64,000 bases of DNA from Amoebidium appalachense (Eukaryota > Protista > Ichthyosporea). The notes beneath the pieces were generated by a model, which saw nothing but the letters and a program-made list of their open reading frames with translations, searched no databases and was not told where the DNA came from. This document shows, one piece after another, positions 1-31,651 of this stretch (its first letter is position 1; every line of letters starts with the position of its first letter). The DNA lies in NCBI GenBank assembly GCA_963693365.1, contig CAVNZM010000003.1:7683312-7747311 (forward strand), read 5' to 3'. The translations under genes and the position numbers were made by a program.

Positions 1-235
1 CCGGCCCCTCCCACTGCTCTTGCCCATGATGTTTGCTGACATGAGTAGCCCTGCTCGTCTGTGATCATGACGGGTGTTGACCTACCATTGTTCCAGGGAA
101 GCAGTATCTGAGTTGGGTTGTGTGGACTAGGTGAATCTAATGGCCTCAGCCTATTACGCATATTTTTTGTGCGTGCTTTCGGCATTGTATTGTCCGTCAA
201 GAATATGTATTTCATAGTTTATAACACATTGTACC
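1..235 (+). mobile_element. Copy of intronic SINE-like repeat family
   Basis: Aligns by eye with the reverse complement of 50414-50680 (shared ccctgctcgtct..gatca.gacgggt and cagtatctgagttgggtt); followed by a C-run; lies upstream of the first visible SENP exon, presumably in an intron. Confidence 0.65.
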
Positions 236-536
236 CCCCTCTTCCCCCCCCCCCCCCCAGAAAGAGAAAGGAAAAGGAAGCCTTTTGTTGTCCATTTATA
301 TGTACACGTTGTACTCCGTAAAAAAGGATTCTAACATCCCCCCCCCCCCCCCCCCCCCCCCCCCTCCCCCCCCTCCCCTCCTCCCTCCCTCCCTCCCTTC
401 TCTTCCGAAGGTCTTGGGCGCTGTTCAAGTGCCTGCTGCCTGCACCATTTGGCGTCGTCATTGTTATTGTTCAACGTCTGTTTTTTCATGCTTTCATGAC
501 TGCCAGCCTCTAATGCACACATCATCCCTCCCTCCC

Positions 537-569
<33 letters not shown>

Positions 570-615
570 CCCACCCCCACCCTCCCTTTCCCCCTCCTTC
601 AATTCTCTCCCACAG

Positions 616-6209
<5,594 letters not shown>

Positions 6210-6213
<4 letters not shown>

Positions 6214-6785
6214 GTGGGGAGTGCTGGTGGGGTGTGGGCATACCACATAGTGAGTGGGTGGGCAGAGTAAATGGGGCGGGGTGTGATTGAATGGAGAGAG
6301 AGTATGTGTTTTCTTTTTCTTATTCTTCTTGGTTTGTTGTATGTGCGTGCTGTTGCCTTGTATGTGTGTTTTTTGTGGTGGGGGTAGGGAGAGTGTTGTT
6401 GGGTTGTGTGCATGGTGTCTTGTAATTGGTTTTGTGTGTGCATTTTGTGTGTATTTGTGGGGCACTACATTTCTGAAATGCCCGAAAGAGTGTATTTTGT
6501 TTGCTTTTTTGTTTGCTTTGGATGGCTCGGTTTGAACAAGCATACAATGTACATGCTTATTATCATGGCCGGTTGTAAATCTTGTGACGATCTGTATAGA
6601 ACTAGTAATGATATGTGATTGCGAATGGTGTACTTAATGGATCGGGTATGTTTCATCAATTCATACAATCAGCTAAAAAGACCGAAATAGAGCATTGTTT
6701 GTATTATATAATAGCACAAAGAGTAGTATGTAAAAGCAGACGTCGTTTGGCTGAAATGGGTGTGTGTTCCATTTTAGGATATGCA
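6210..6785. repeat. Direct repeat copy A (SENP 3' flank), duplicated at about 10110-11050
   Basis: Core 6626-6676 matches 10911-10961 at 50/51 nt (tggtgtacttaatggatcgggt.tgtttcatcaattcatacaatcagctaa), with weaker collinear similarity on both sides. Confidence 0.8.
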
Positions 6786-7032
6786 TCTAGCACGAACCTG
6801 CACACACCCACAAACACACAAACACATAAACCGATATATATGCAACACAATGACGTATTTATCACATACTGATAGTGTGGGTCTCAGGTTGGTTTGTCCT
6901 TGGTGAAGGGTTAAAAAAAAACTCAATTCAGTGTGCACGTGATCCGGAAAGAGACCAGCCGAGAACCCCCAGATTTTCATCAATATACCATGATGGCGAC
7001 TCATGATGGCACAGCCCCCTCCCCTCCCCCCC

Positions 7033-7063
<31 letters not shown>

Positions 7064-7321
7064 AAAAAAAGAAGAAGAAGAAGAAGAAGAAGAAGAAGAA
7101 GAAGAAGAAGAAGAAGAAGGTAGGAATATGCTATCAGACACACACAAATGCACACACACACAACGCCCTCCAAAGTGTGCTTGCGATATACGGTAATTAA
7201 CCTCCTCTACAAATGCATTTCTGTAGCGTCACGGTTCGAAACTAAACCCTTATGTAGGCCCATGTCTTTGTCAAAACTTTGGTACTCCCACGATAATTTG
7301 TCCAAACGGGCAGCAATAAAA

Positions 7322-8719
7322 CTAAGATCGCTCATGCTCGGGATCACTTTTTTTTTCCCCCTTCGCACCATCTTTCGAGCCCCGCCTTATTGCCAGCCTT
7401 GCACACTCATTTTTGTGCTTTGCTGTCCAGTCGGCCACCTGACACTCCCGTCCACAATAGTACACGGAGTTGCACCCCCCGCACACCTTCAACTCCTTGT
7501 TACTCTTTTCCGCCTTACAATGACTACACTTCCACTGCATGGACGTCGAATCCCACATCTGTAAGTCCAACACGGCAAGACTCCGAGGGTGCTCTAGATC
7601 TAGAGTATAATCGCCCACGCTAAACCGAACATGACCCCATTTGTCGACGATTCTTTCGAAGCCCACGGCTTCACGAACTTTCTGCTCAACTTGATCCCAT
7701 AGATCCTGAACTTTGGCGTGATTGGGATCTAGTGCCCGAGTGTGACTGAGGTAGATTCTGACGAGTGTACAAACGCTCTCCTGTACCGAGTCCTCGTCAT
7801 GGTAATGAGTTGCCAGTTTCAGGCTTCGTTTTATGAGTTTCTCCGCTTGGTGTAAGTTACCAGCACGCTCCTGCTGGAGCCCAAGAATGACGAGGAAAGA
7901 GCATTTTTTGTCATCAGCCAAGCGCTCCACCCCTAAGCGTGCATATTTCTCCGTTGCCACCTCATCCCTCAACACCAGCGCCAAGTCTACGGTGCATCGC
8001 AAGGCGACAGTAAACGCGTGCTGGTCGCTCTCGGCCATCTGAGGCCCACACTGCAGCCGGTTGCTAAGGGCACCCGTTGCATCCGTGAAGAAACGGAGGA
8101 ATTTAACGCCCAGTCTGAAAAAAATCTTTTTCCTCGTGTCGCTGCTTTTGGCTCCTTTTGTCACAAGTGCATTTGTGCAAACGGCTCTTATAACCTTCCA
8201 CTCTCTTGTCGCTGCGGCAGGCTCAATGGCTGCTTGTAACAGCTCAGCCATCAGTCGCCTTTGCCCATCCTTGGGGGTGAGGCCTTTCAAATCAATGGAG
8301 AATGCCAACTTATGTGAAGAAAAACTGTCGTAAAATTGAGCAACGAACCTGCGATCCTTCGAGACAATGGTTACTTCGGCACCCTCAGGCCCAATGCCGT
8401 CGCCATCCGTACCGCGAGAAAGCTCGTACAAGGCCACCGAGCCGACACCGTAAAACAGCAGCACTCCGCTAGGGTCCCTCTCACACTGTGCCTGCAGGAG
8501 CCGTTCTGCAGCCTCATCATCCGCAATTACACAAAACGACCCACGCGTGGCTACAACAAAGTCGTTCCTCTCCTTGCACAAAGCAACCCTGTCACCACCA
8601 GAGGATGAGTCGTCAAAAAGGCACGGAAAGTTGTCGAAGCCATTTCTGCGCTGAGCCGCTGCTAGCGTGGCGTAGCTGAGAGTAGCGGATAGAGCCTCTC
8701 GTTGTGGTGCTGTAGTCAT
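7322..8719 (-). CDS. Intronless 465-aa protein with TPR-like helices and C-terminal MYND zinc finger
   Basis: Repeat-free ORF from first ATG at 8719; C-terminus CSHC..CGGC..YYCGRECQVADWTAKHKNEC is a canonical zf-MYND; LGLQQERAGNLHQAEKLIKRSLKLA is TPR-like. Confidence 0.85.
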   Translation of the reverse strand: MTTAPQREALSATLSYATLAAAQRRNGFDNFPCLFDDSSSGGDRVALCKERNDFVVATRGSFCVIADDEAAERLLQAQCERDPSGVLLFYGVGSVALYELSRGTDGDGIGPEGAEVTIVSKDRRFVAQFYDSFSSHKLAFSIDLKGLTPKDGQRRLMAELLQAAIEPAAATREWKVIRAVCTNALVTKGAKSSDTRKKIFFRLGVKFLRFFTDATGALSNRLQCGPQMAESDQHAFTVALRCTVDLALVLRDEVATEKYARLGVERLADDKKCSFLVILGLQQERAGNLHQAEKLIKRSLKLATHYHDEDSVQESVCTLVRIYLSHTRALDPNHAKVQDLWDQVEQKVREAVGFERIVDKWGHVRFSVGDYTLDLEHPRSLAVLDLQMWDSTSMQWKCSHCKAEKSNKELKVCGGCNSVYYCGRECQVADWTAKHKNECARLAIRRGSKDGAKGEKKSDPEHERS

Positions 8720-9058
8720 GACGGCTATAGGAGTGAACAAGGGCTAATGTGTTGGAGAACTTGAACTAAGTATTTGTCTCTTTTGCGGCATAAATAGGCC
8801 CCTGGGGCAAACTTGAACACACGGCGTTCCTTGTGGCTTCAATTTTGCTTTACTGTACACACCTGTCACTACATCGTACTGCAAGAACATAGGGAACGTA
8901 AGCACACCTGCATACGTCACTTTGCCTTGTGAAGGCCGTAACAAGGATACCGATTTTCATTCACACAGTGCGACAGATTTAGACTATTGCCTGTATATGG
9001 TAGCCGTGCGCTACTGAGCCACCATCCCTGGATTTCTTTTTCTTTTTTTTTTTTTTTT

Positions 9059-9123
9059 TTGCCCTGGTGGCCAGCTTTTTGCCCTGGTGGCCAGCTTTTT
9101 TTTTTTGCCCTGGTGGCCAGCTT
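9059..9123. repeat. Three tandem copies of gccctggtggccagct separated by T-runs
   Basis: Read directly; lies about 340 bp upstream of the MYND ATG. Confidence 0.85.
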
Positions 9124-9393
9124 CATGAATTCATGATCATGAGCTGTCCATTGGCCGGGCCATGGAAATGGGAACTGGGGGCCCAGGGAATCACGTGTCT
9201 AAGTCACGTGAAAGTGGCGTAAAGCGCGCCAAACAAGCCTAAAATGGACGCAGTGAAGGTGGCGTAAATATCCTCTGCCACATGCCTTATTCGTCCCACG
9301 AAACACGCGTGTGTGCTAGAGTGCGTGCCCCTCCTCCAGCCCCTCCCCCCCCCCTCCCCCCCCCCCCCCCCCTTCCCCCCCCCCCCCCCCCTT

Positions 9394-9424
<31 letters not shown>

Positions 9425-9559
9425 GGCCAACCCCATCCCCAGCCTCGACCATCCCGCCTAGGGCTTTCGCATACAACTACTGCCTCTATTGGTATCCCAG
9501 CTCGCTTTCGACTATCCCCCTCCTTCCTCCCCCCTGAGGCTCAGGCTCTCCCACCAACT

Positions 9560-9591
<32 letters not shown>

Positions 9592-10109
9592 CCACCCCCC
9601 CATTACTTTCCCCTCAACCCACGGCCTGCTCCCTCGAGATCCTTTCTTGTCTTCTGCCCCTGCTGCGCATGCTCTGATTACCATAGCCAATGCAGTTTTT
9701 GCCCTTTGCTTCTCATCACCCCCTGTTCAATGTATGCTCCATACGCGCATGCCCTATAGCTAGCCTACCGGTTTCCCTACTAGCTAGCATGCCGTACTCA
9801 AGTTCGGTAATGCACTTGAGCAGAATGAGCACCTCGCCTGCTTAGGCCAGCTACATCATACGGTTTCCGACCCGGGGGCGGGGGAGAGGGGGAAGGGGGG
9901 GGGGGGGGGGGGGGGGGGGGGCTGATTGGATACGACGTTCAAGGTATGCATGGCCGGGTCTTGCCAATGGCACCTTTTCCTTCCGGCACCCCAAAAAGTG
10001 CCGCCCCCTCCCCCTCCCCTTCCCCCCCTCACCTTTAGCCTTTGGCCTGGCCCCGGCGAGAAAACCTTCATGCTACTACCACGTAGGTATCAGACAATGT
10101 ATAGTTTCA

Positions 10110-10381
10110 GTCAGAGTGGGTGTGTTGATGGGGTGTGCGTGTGCTAGGTGGTAGGTGGGTGGGCAGGTTGGGCAGGTTGTGATGTAATCGAGGGTACTAT
10201 ATTCGTTTTGTGTGTGTTGCCTGATGTGTCTGTGTTGTTCTTTTTGTCGTCGTTGTTTTTGCTTTTGTGTGCGTTTTTTTTTGTTTTTGTGGTGTGTGTG
10301 AAATTTTTTTTTTCGTTGTTATAGTAATAATGCTCTTTGTGTGTGTGTGTTATTTTCTATTTTGTGTTTGTTTGCGTGTGT

Positions 10382-10436
<55 letters not shown>

Positions 10437-10714
10437 CAAAATTCTGAGATTACTTAAAGACTAAGTATCTCACCTCTGCAGTACATGTACATGCATACGA
10501 TTCACGGTCCAAAACAACTTGCATGCATGAGCCATGACGTGAGGGATTTCTTGCAGTATATCTGCATAACATGTGATTGCGATGTATAACAAAACTCAGC
10601 GTGCTAATATACGTGTGTGTGTGTGTGGTAGGTTGTGTGTGCACTGCGCTGTAGTTATTTGTGTTTGTGTGGGCGTGTGTGTGTTTGGGGTGGGGTGTGT
10701 GTCTGTGTGTGTGT

Positions 10715-10760
<46 letters not shown>

Positions 10761-11050
10761 TTTCTGGAATAACCGCAAGAGCGCATTGTGTGGGCTTAAG
10801 ATATGTGTTCTGTTTGAATAAGAATACAACGTACGCGGCATATTATCATCATCAACGGTTGTATCTTGTAACATATCTGTATAGAACAAGAAATCACATC
10901 TGATTGGGAGTGGTGTACTTAATGGATCGGGTCTGTTTCATCAATTCATACAATCAGCTAACATAGAGAGTGAAATAGAGCAGCACCTCGTAGTCAAAGC
11001 AGATTTTGTTGAGTTGAAATTTCGAGGGTGGGTGTTCCATTTAGGAGCAT
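10110..11050. repeat. Direct repeat copy B of the SENP 3' flank, containing a module (10435-10620) that recurs at 11355-11525
   Basis: See copy A. Internal module shares caaaattc..agat, ctctgcagtacatg, tatctgcat and gtgctaata with 11355-11525. Confidence 0.7.
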
Positions 11051-11183
11051 TACAAGATACCGTGATGTGTCTGTGAGTCTTTTTGTCGTTGTTGTTTTTG
11101 TTTTTGTAGTCTTTTTTTCCCTATTTTTTTGTGGTGTGTGTGGTTTCGTTTTCCTTGTTACCTTGTTACAATAGGTAATTCTC

Positions 11184-11288
<105 letters not shown>

Positions 11289-11529
11289 CGGTGTGTGTGT
11301 ATGTGTGTGTGTGTCTGGGTGGGAAGGGGATGGGGGGGGGGGGGGGGGGGGGACAACCAAAATTCCAAGATAACTGAGGGACTTCGTGTCTCCTGGGCTC
11401 TGCAGTACATGCAACGTGTATGAATAAGCCATCATGTGGGGCCTTTCTTGTGGCATATCTGCATCATCATTCCAAAAGACATGTAACTGCGATGCATCAC
11501 AGACCTGAGGGTGCTAATACGACTGTGAA

Positions 11530-13942
<2,413 letters not shown>

Positions 13943-15210
13943 CGCCGGACTTTATCATTTTGTTCTAACATTGTCACAGCATACAAAAACATAAATCGAA
14001 GCATCAAGAGACCAAAATATTTATTTAAGTAAATTGTGTGTAAGCCAGGGCAACTTGTAAGCTCGTTACGGTGGCAACTGAAACGCTATCGAAAAATGTT
14101 GAAGTGGACGAAATTTTGCAATTTGTTACCAACCCTAAACATCAGGGGATTCCTGGTATAATCCGTTCAGCCAATCAGAATGTGCACAAGATTTAGCGGG
14201 ACGGTCCGACCGTCGGGCATGCCAGCGGCCGGCCTCAGGATTCGGTCGCTCTATGTGCGACAGTTTTACATAATTACTTGTCAATGTTTTACTGAAAGGT
14301 AAATAAAAGTTTTAAAAATCAGGAAGACAAGTTCCAGCTGTGACTGCGAAGCCACACCGTCGGTGACTGCAATAGAATGGTGGAGTGATGGGCAGCTGCA
14401 GGTGGGCATCATCACCGACATCACTGGTATGTTCTATGGGGATTATGGTATGCAGTTTACATTACGGTTACGTAATCTCTCCAGCCACTGACGTCATTAT
14501 GACGTATGCACGGTCCTTGAGTTTTAGCATATGATGCCGCACATTCACACCAAAACAAAGCAAAGTGGACCAGGCTGCTAGGGGCCGGATTCATCCTTTA
14601 TCCTGATGTCTTCATAAAGCAAACTGAGCCTGAGATGGGTAAACGTGAAAATGCAGCAAGATGGGATGTTTGTTTGTGAAAAATCGCCTTCCGGCCTGTT
14701 CACTGCCTGCATTTTTGGCGTATTTTTGCCGCCGAGGGGACCCGGTCTTTCGCACCTCACCTGTACACGTAGTTGAGGTCGGACACACGGGGATGTCTCT
14801 TCAGTACACCGAGTACTGTTCAGAGGCTCATGTGGTTGCATGCGGCTGCTTGTGCGACAGCACACACGTCTCCTTTGTTTGTTTGTGCAGTCCTTGTGAA
14901 ATTAGGTGCACATGCAACAATTTGAAAGACGGGCAGTCACTAGTATAGCAAGAAGGGGCGCATATTAATAGTATTGCAGAAGCTCAGTGCTCTCGAGGAC
15001 TCTCGTGCAGACTGAAATTTCTGTCTGATGCTGTTTTTTGTATACAAATGGTCTTTGGTTGGTTCTTCTAGTAATTCACAAGCATTAGCATGAATGGTAA
15101 CAACCAGTTAAAAGTTGTCTACTCTTAGTCTGGTGTGCATCATTTTTCTACTGACTACGATCCCTGTCATACTATGTGTTGTTAAACGCATTTTCCTGCG
15201 GTCACTAAAA
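13943..15210. promoter_or_regulatory. Candidate bidirectional promoter / 5' UTR region
   Basis: Microsatellite-free 1.3 kb between divergent starts; CCAAT box (agccaatcag, about 14169), inverted repeat gacggtccgaccgtc (about 14200-14214), CRE-like tgacgtca (about 14489). Confidence 0.4.
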
Positions 15211-26315
<11,105 letters not shown>

Positions 26316-26347
26316 ATATTCATGACTACTCGCATATGGACATTGCA

Positions 26348-26435
26348 TGAATATCTTAGGAATATCACGTGAATATTGCAGGAATATTGTAATGAATATC
26401 ACGTGAATATCACAAGAATATCTTGTGAATATTTT
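26348..26435. repeat. Short tandem gaatat(c/t) minisatellite in GPCR 3' flank
   Basis: Repeated gaatatcacgt / gaatattgca units read directly. Confidence 0.75.
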
Positions 26436-26956
26436 GATGAGGATATGTATGCAATAGGGATATAGATTAGTAGGGTCACCTGGTTGAAATAGGTTGGTCA
26501 TGCATGCAGAATTGTCCATATTTGTACCTGAAATTTATTCACTGACGTGTCAAGCTTTGCCCGCAAATTCGACGGATACTCGGGCCAATGATCAATCTTT
26601 TTCAACAGGCAACAAACGTGAAATCTTTGAAGTGTATATGTACAGTGCCGTGTTTTGTTACCCCAAGTGTGTGTGACAAAAACATTTTTTCGGATATAAT
26701 TCAGAGGAAATGTAATGTGTATCATGTAAAGTAGTACCACATTTTTTATTCAGAGTTTGGAAGACTGTGAATGTACACATAGGTCATAAACATCTGCTAA
26801 AAGTGGCTGCCGGGCAAGGAGTAGCGAATAAAGAAGGATAGATTTTTCGGAGAATGATACGTTTTTTGCAAAATTATCCGGCGACTTGGGTTCCTCATTG
26901 ATTAGTTGTGTAGGCTGAGCGCCCAGACTCGTAACATACAACCTCGCGCGCGCGCG

Positions 26957-27069
<113 letters not shown>

Positions 27070-27317
27070 CACTACACTACGGTACGGTTACCGTACACAC
27101 ACACAAAAACACATTACACTTGACAGATACATACTCCAAATTGATCAACGGCCCCCTCCCCACCAACCCCGTCCCCCCCCCCCCCCCCTCTCCCTGTCCC
27201 CCCTTCCTGCCAATCCCCTCCCCTTCCCGAGGACGTTTTTTTTTTTTTTTTTTTGGGGGGGGGGGGGGGGGGGTTATTGTTTTTTTTGCAGGGCGAGGGG
27301 ACGAGGGAGGTGTGCGT

Positions 27318-27366
<49 letters not shown>

Positions 27367-27812
27367 GGGGGGGATGCAGCGGAAAGGGGGGCTTGGTGGT
27401 GGTGGTGGTGGTGGTGGTGGTGGGGGGGGGGGGGGGGGGGGGGGGGCAATCTACGCCACGGACATCCTGTTGTGTGGCACCTAAGCGCTTGCATGTGAAG
27501 GTAAATGCACACGTGTGTAATGCTCATGGCAACACACATGCATGCAGCATGTGAAATCTCAAAAACGTGGAAATGGAGGCACAACTGTCATAAAAACATA
27601 ATGTTTTTTTTTCACCATTGCAATGCTTTTTTTTTTAAATAAAATCGTCTGGAAGCTTGGTCTGTTTTTGTGTTTTCAAATGGGTTAAGTTCTATTGCTC
27701 GACCTCCTTCAGGTTTATTTTGGCTTTCCGAGTGGCCGAGTGTTTCATAATTCACGTCGTTGTTTTTCACAGCCGGCTGATTAATTCCCGCTCAGTGATA
27801 GTTGTTTGTTTG

Positions 27813-27868
27813 CGCGCACACACAAACACACACAGACAGACACACACGCACACACACGCACGCACGCG

Positions 27869-27917
<49 letters not shown>

Positions 27918-27992
27918 TGTCAGCGAGAGAGAGAGAGAGTGTGTGTGTGTGTGAAAGAGAGAGAGAAAGAGAGAAAGGGGGAGAGAGAGAGG

Positions 27993-28050
<58 letters not shown>

Positions 28051-28084
28051 AGAGAGAGAGAGAGGGAGAGAGAGAGAGCCTGGG

Positions 28085-28144
<60 letters not shown>

Positions 28145-28214
28145 TGTGTGTGTATGTGTGTGTGTGTGTGGGAGACGGATTGGGAGAAAGAGGCCCGGGG
28201 GGGGGGGGGGGGGG

Positions 28215-28288
<74 letters not shown>

Positions 28289-28331
28289 GAGAGAGAGAAG
28301 GGAGGGGGGGGGAGGGAGAGAGAAAGGCGAG

Positions 28332-28370
<39 letters not shown>

Positions 28371-28423
28371 CGAGAGATTGAGAGAGGGAGAGAGAGGGAG
28401 AGAGAGAGAGAGACAGAGAGGGG

Positions 28424-28467
<44 letters not shown>

Positions 28468-28577
28468 CCCTTGAGGGAGCCTTGAGAGCACCGTACTGCG
28501 CACGCACACCGTGGCACATCATGATGCACACATACTCACACATAGACACACACGTGCACACACAGAGAGAGACCGAT

Positions 28578-28626
<49 letters not shown>

Positions 28627-28670
28627 CAGAGATATACACAAACACACACAAAATCCACACCTACACACAT
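27813..28670. repeat. Compound (CA)n/(GA)n/poly-G microsatellite block
   Basis: About 850 bp of nearly pure simple repeat. Confidence 0.95.
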
Positions 28671-29639
28671 ACCTGAATGAGCATCATCACACAAAAAGTA
28701 TTTACGTGAGCACTAATTGTCACGCCTTGCCTGGGCACTGTACAATATATGTGGAGATAAGAAGTTTTTTCCACGGCGTACGCGTGAAGGGGGACAATCC
28801 CCTATCTATAGGTTAGTTACTGTGTCACATACATACCTAACATACCTGCGCTTTAGTGCGCCTTCGGTTAAAAAAAACAAAAAAAAAAACAAAAAGAAAC
28901 ACATTACGCTTAGTTCAGACCCGGGGGATCTCGCAGGCCAATGGTTACAAATACAGTATAAACAGTGGTTGTGACGTTCAAAGTTTCCAAACAACTCCGC
29001 GGTTTCAGCCGGCTGTTCCTCCCTTTTGCAGCACTGCTGTGGCACCCCTGTTCACCTCACAGTGCACTCTGCATAAGAAGGGTCTGGCACCTGAAGCACC
29101 ACTACATACATAGCCTACGTGACGTCGACGGTGGACCGTGGCAGAAAACGACTCAAACGGCGATTACTACATAACACGCGTACATGCGAGTCCCGGGAGA
29201 TTTCGTGCCATATGCCAAGGCCGCCGACACTCCGCAAGCTCTAGGTAGTCACTCTGAGTGCCGTCTCCCTGCGGCCTCTTTTTTCTTTCTTTTTTTTTTT
29301 TTTTTTTTTTTGGTCCCGAGGCGTATGTAGTAGTGCCCGGCCACTTACGTAAGCCAGTGGGTACAAAGACAAACCATGGAGGTATACCGCCGACCCGTGC
29401 GCGCATTATTTTATCATAAGCCGTGCAGTGCCACAGCTGCATGCGCAGGCCAAAGGTATCAAGCCTTCACTCAACCTCACTCATGCCACAGGTAACACTC
29501 TGAAGGCCGAGACCTGCTCCGAGTGGCACGTGCAGTACTGCCCCTGCAACGGCAACCACCCGAATATCCCACACGGAACATCTGCACCCTCCCCAATACC
29601 ATATTCATATTTGCCGTAACCGCAATATTGAAGTGCAGC

Positions 29640-30274
29640 ATGAAAAGCATACTCGCGGTCATGGCGGTTTTTGCCGCGCTAACCGGCAGCGTCATGGGCA
29701 ACTGTGACGATGTCATGGTGAGGTGCTACGCATGCGAAGGGGACTGCAATCTCCCGGGGGTTCCTCTTTATGTCCTCGAAGGGCCTCCTGGATGCTTTAC
29801 AGGCAGCTATGGGATCATGAGCCGCGCTGCACTGCAGCCGCGCTGCACTGCAGCCGGGGGGCCTTCCGAAAGGGTTGAGATACCTTGGGTTTGCATGGGG
29901 TAACCGAATGCTTTAAATTTGAAATGTTATCTTGTCGGCTTTGCGCCGGGTCTGGGACGGGCGCTTGCCGTGACCGTTACGGAACAACTTTGGCCTCCGG
30001 GGAAACGGTTTACGGCTCCTGTAACCCACTGGGCGATTACAATGGCGACGTGGCACAGCACGACGAAGCTGAATCCTATGGGGTCGATGACGACGCTGGG
30101 ATGACGGAACGGCTGGTGGCGGAGCAGCTGGCATACGTGAGGGGCGACATTCTGTCGACCAGCCCTTACGAATATGTGAACAAGCACACGGCAAAGTCGT
30201 TCGCTCCACCCGACCGGCGAGGAGGCGTTCATTGCAAGACGTTTGAGGACCATGATAATGAATATCATCAGTGA
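29640..30274 (+). CDS. Secreted cysteine-rich protein split by an apparent 1-nt frameshift at about 29900 (pseudogene or homopolymer error)
   Basis: MKSILAVMAVFAALTGSVMG signal peptide, then CDD..RCYACEGDCN..; stop at 29903 in atggggtaa. One extra G gives MGVTECFKFEMLSCRLC..GSCN..HQ* (about 211 aa). Repeat-free, coding-like composition across both frames. Confidence 0.55.
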
Positions 30275-30425
30275 GTTTAAGAGGTTGCTGAGCGCGGCGT
30301 GAATACCGAATCATCCGTTGGGGCGTATTCAATACTCAGGACACGCCGCGGCACAGTGCTTATTTATAGGTGGTCACAACAATTTAGTCTGTAACTGTTG
30401 AACAGTTGTACTCTCATCACTACTA

Positions 30426-30782
30426 CAGGGGTCATTCAGGATCAAGATAATTCACCTATAAGATAAATAGTACTAGATTTGTTGAAAAAAATTAAGATTC
30501 TAGGGGCTACCCAGGCTGGGGGGTGAAATAAGATAACGGGGAGGAGGGGGGCCGGGGGGGGGGGGGGGGGGGGGAGGATGGGGGGGATTCGGAGGGGGGA
30601 CTGTGGAGGAGGGGCTGTGCTAAAATGTGTGCATATGTCTGTGTGTACATTTGGATTTTGTGTTCGTTTGTCACTGGGTATGTGTGTGCGTGTGTGCACG
30701 TGTGTGTATCACAATGCGTGTGTGTGTGTTTGTGTGTGTGTGTCCGTGTGACTGCGCACGGTGTGTGTGTGCGTATCCCTCC

Positions 30783-30824
<42 letters not shown>

Positions 30825-30994
30825 TCCGGGCCCCCTTCCCGTTTCCCCTCCCCCGTTCTGTGTCCCCTCATTATGGGCGGGGAGGCTTTTTTTGGGGGGG
30901 GGGGGGGGGAGGGGGAGGGGGGGGGGGGGGGCTGTGCCAAAATGTGTGCATATGTCTGTGTGTGCATTTGGATTTTGTGCTTGTTTGTCACTCT

Positions 30995-31025
<31 letters not shown>

Positions 31026-31386
31026 CACGTGTGTGTATCACAATGTGTGTGTGTGTGTTTGTGTGTGTGTCCGTGTGACGGTGCACGGTGTGTGTGTGCG
31101 TCTCCCCCCAACCTCTACCCTTCCCCCCTCCCCCCTTTCCCCTTCCCCGCCCCTGTCCGGTGGGGGGAGGGGGGGGGGGGGGTTGCTGTGCAAAAATGGG
31201 CGCAATATGTCTGTGTGTCTATTTGGATTTTGTGCTCGTTTGTCACTGTGTGTGTTTGTGTGTGTGGTGTGTGTGTGTGTGCACGTGTATATCACAATGT
31301 GGGTGTGCCGCTGTGTCTCCGTGTCATGGTGCACGGTGTGTGTGTGTGTGTCCTCCCCCCCCCCCTCCCCCCCTTGCCCCCCCCTC

Positions 31387-31433
<47 letters not shown>

Positions 31434-31651
31434 AAAAAGAAAGAAACTCCCGCAGCCCAGAAGAAGGACCCACATGTGTACACGGGGGAAGAAGGCCCCA
31501 CATGCGTACACGGGGCGGGCGGGCGAGCGGGCAGGTGGGCGGGTGGGCGGAGGGGGGGGATGGATAAGATAATGAACCCTACGGCCGAGAAACCTTAAGA
31601 TTTTAGACCCTAGACCCGGTATTTACCTGTTATCCAAGTGAGTGACCCCTG
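30426..31651. mobile_element. Non-autonomous Tc1/mariner-like DNA transposon (MITE), about 1.2 kb
   Basis: TA|caggggtcattca at the left end and tgagtgacccctg|TA at the right: terminal inverted repeats matching 12/13, flanked by TA. Interior holds three diverged ~300-bp tandem units (starting about 30614, 30931, 31185). No transposase ORF. Confidence 0.7.

Noticed and set aside
411-428. Possible SENP micro-exon (SWALF) upstream of exon 616
   Set aside because: Phase fits, but the donor is weak and there is no homology support.
7053-7118. A-run plus (GAA)n as a retrogene poly-A tail for the MYND ORF
   Set aside because: It is on the wrong strand: it reads as T/TTC on the gene's sense strand.
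15115-15210. TTG-initiated N-terminal extension of the GPCR in the ORF track
   Set aside because: In a eukaryotic gene the ATG at 15211 (aaaaATG), followed by a signal-like segment, is the better start.
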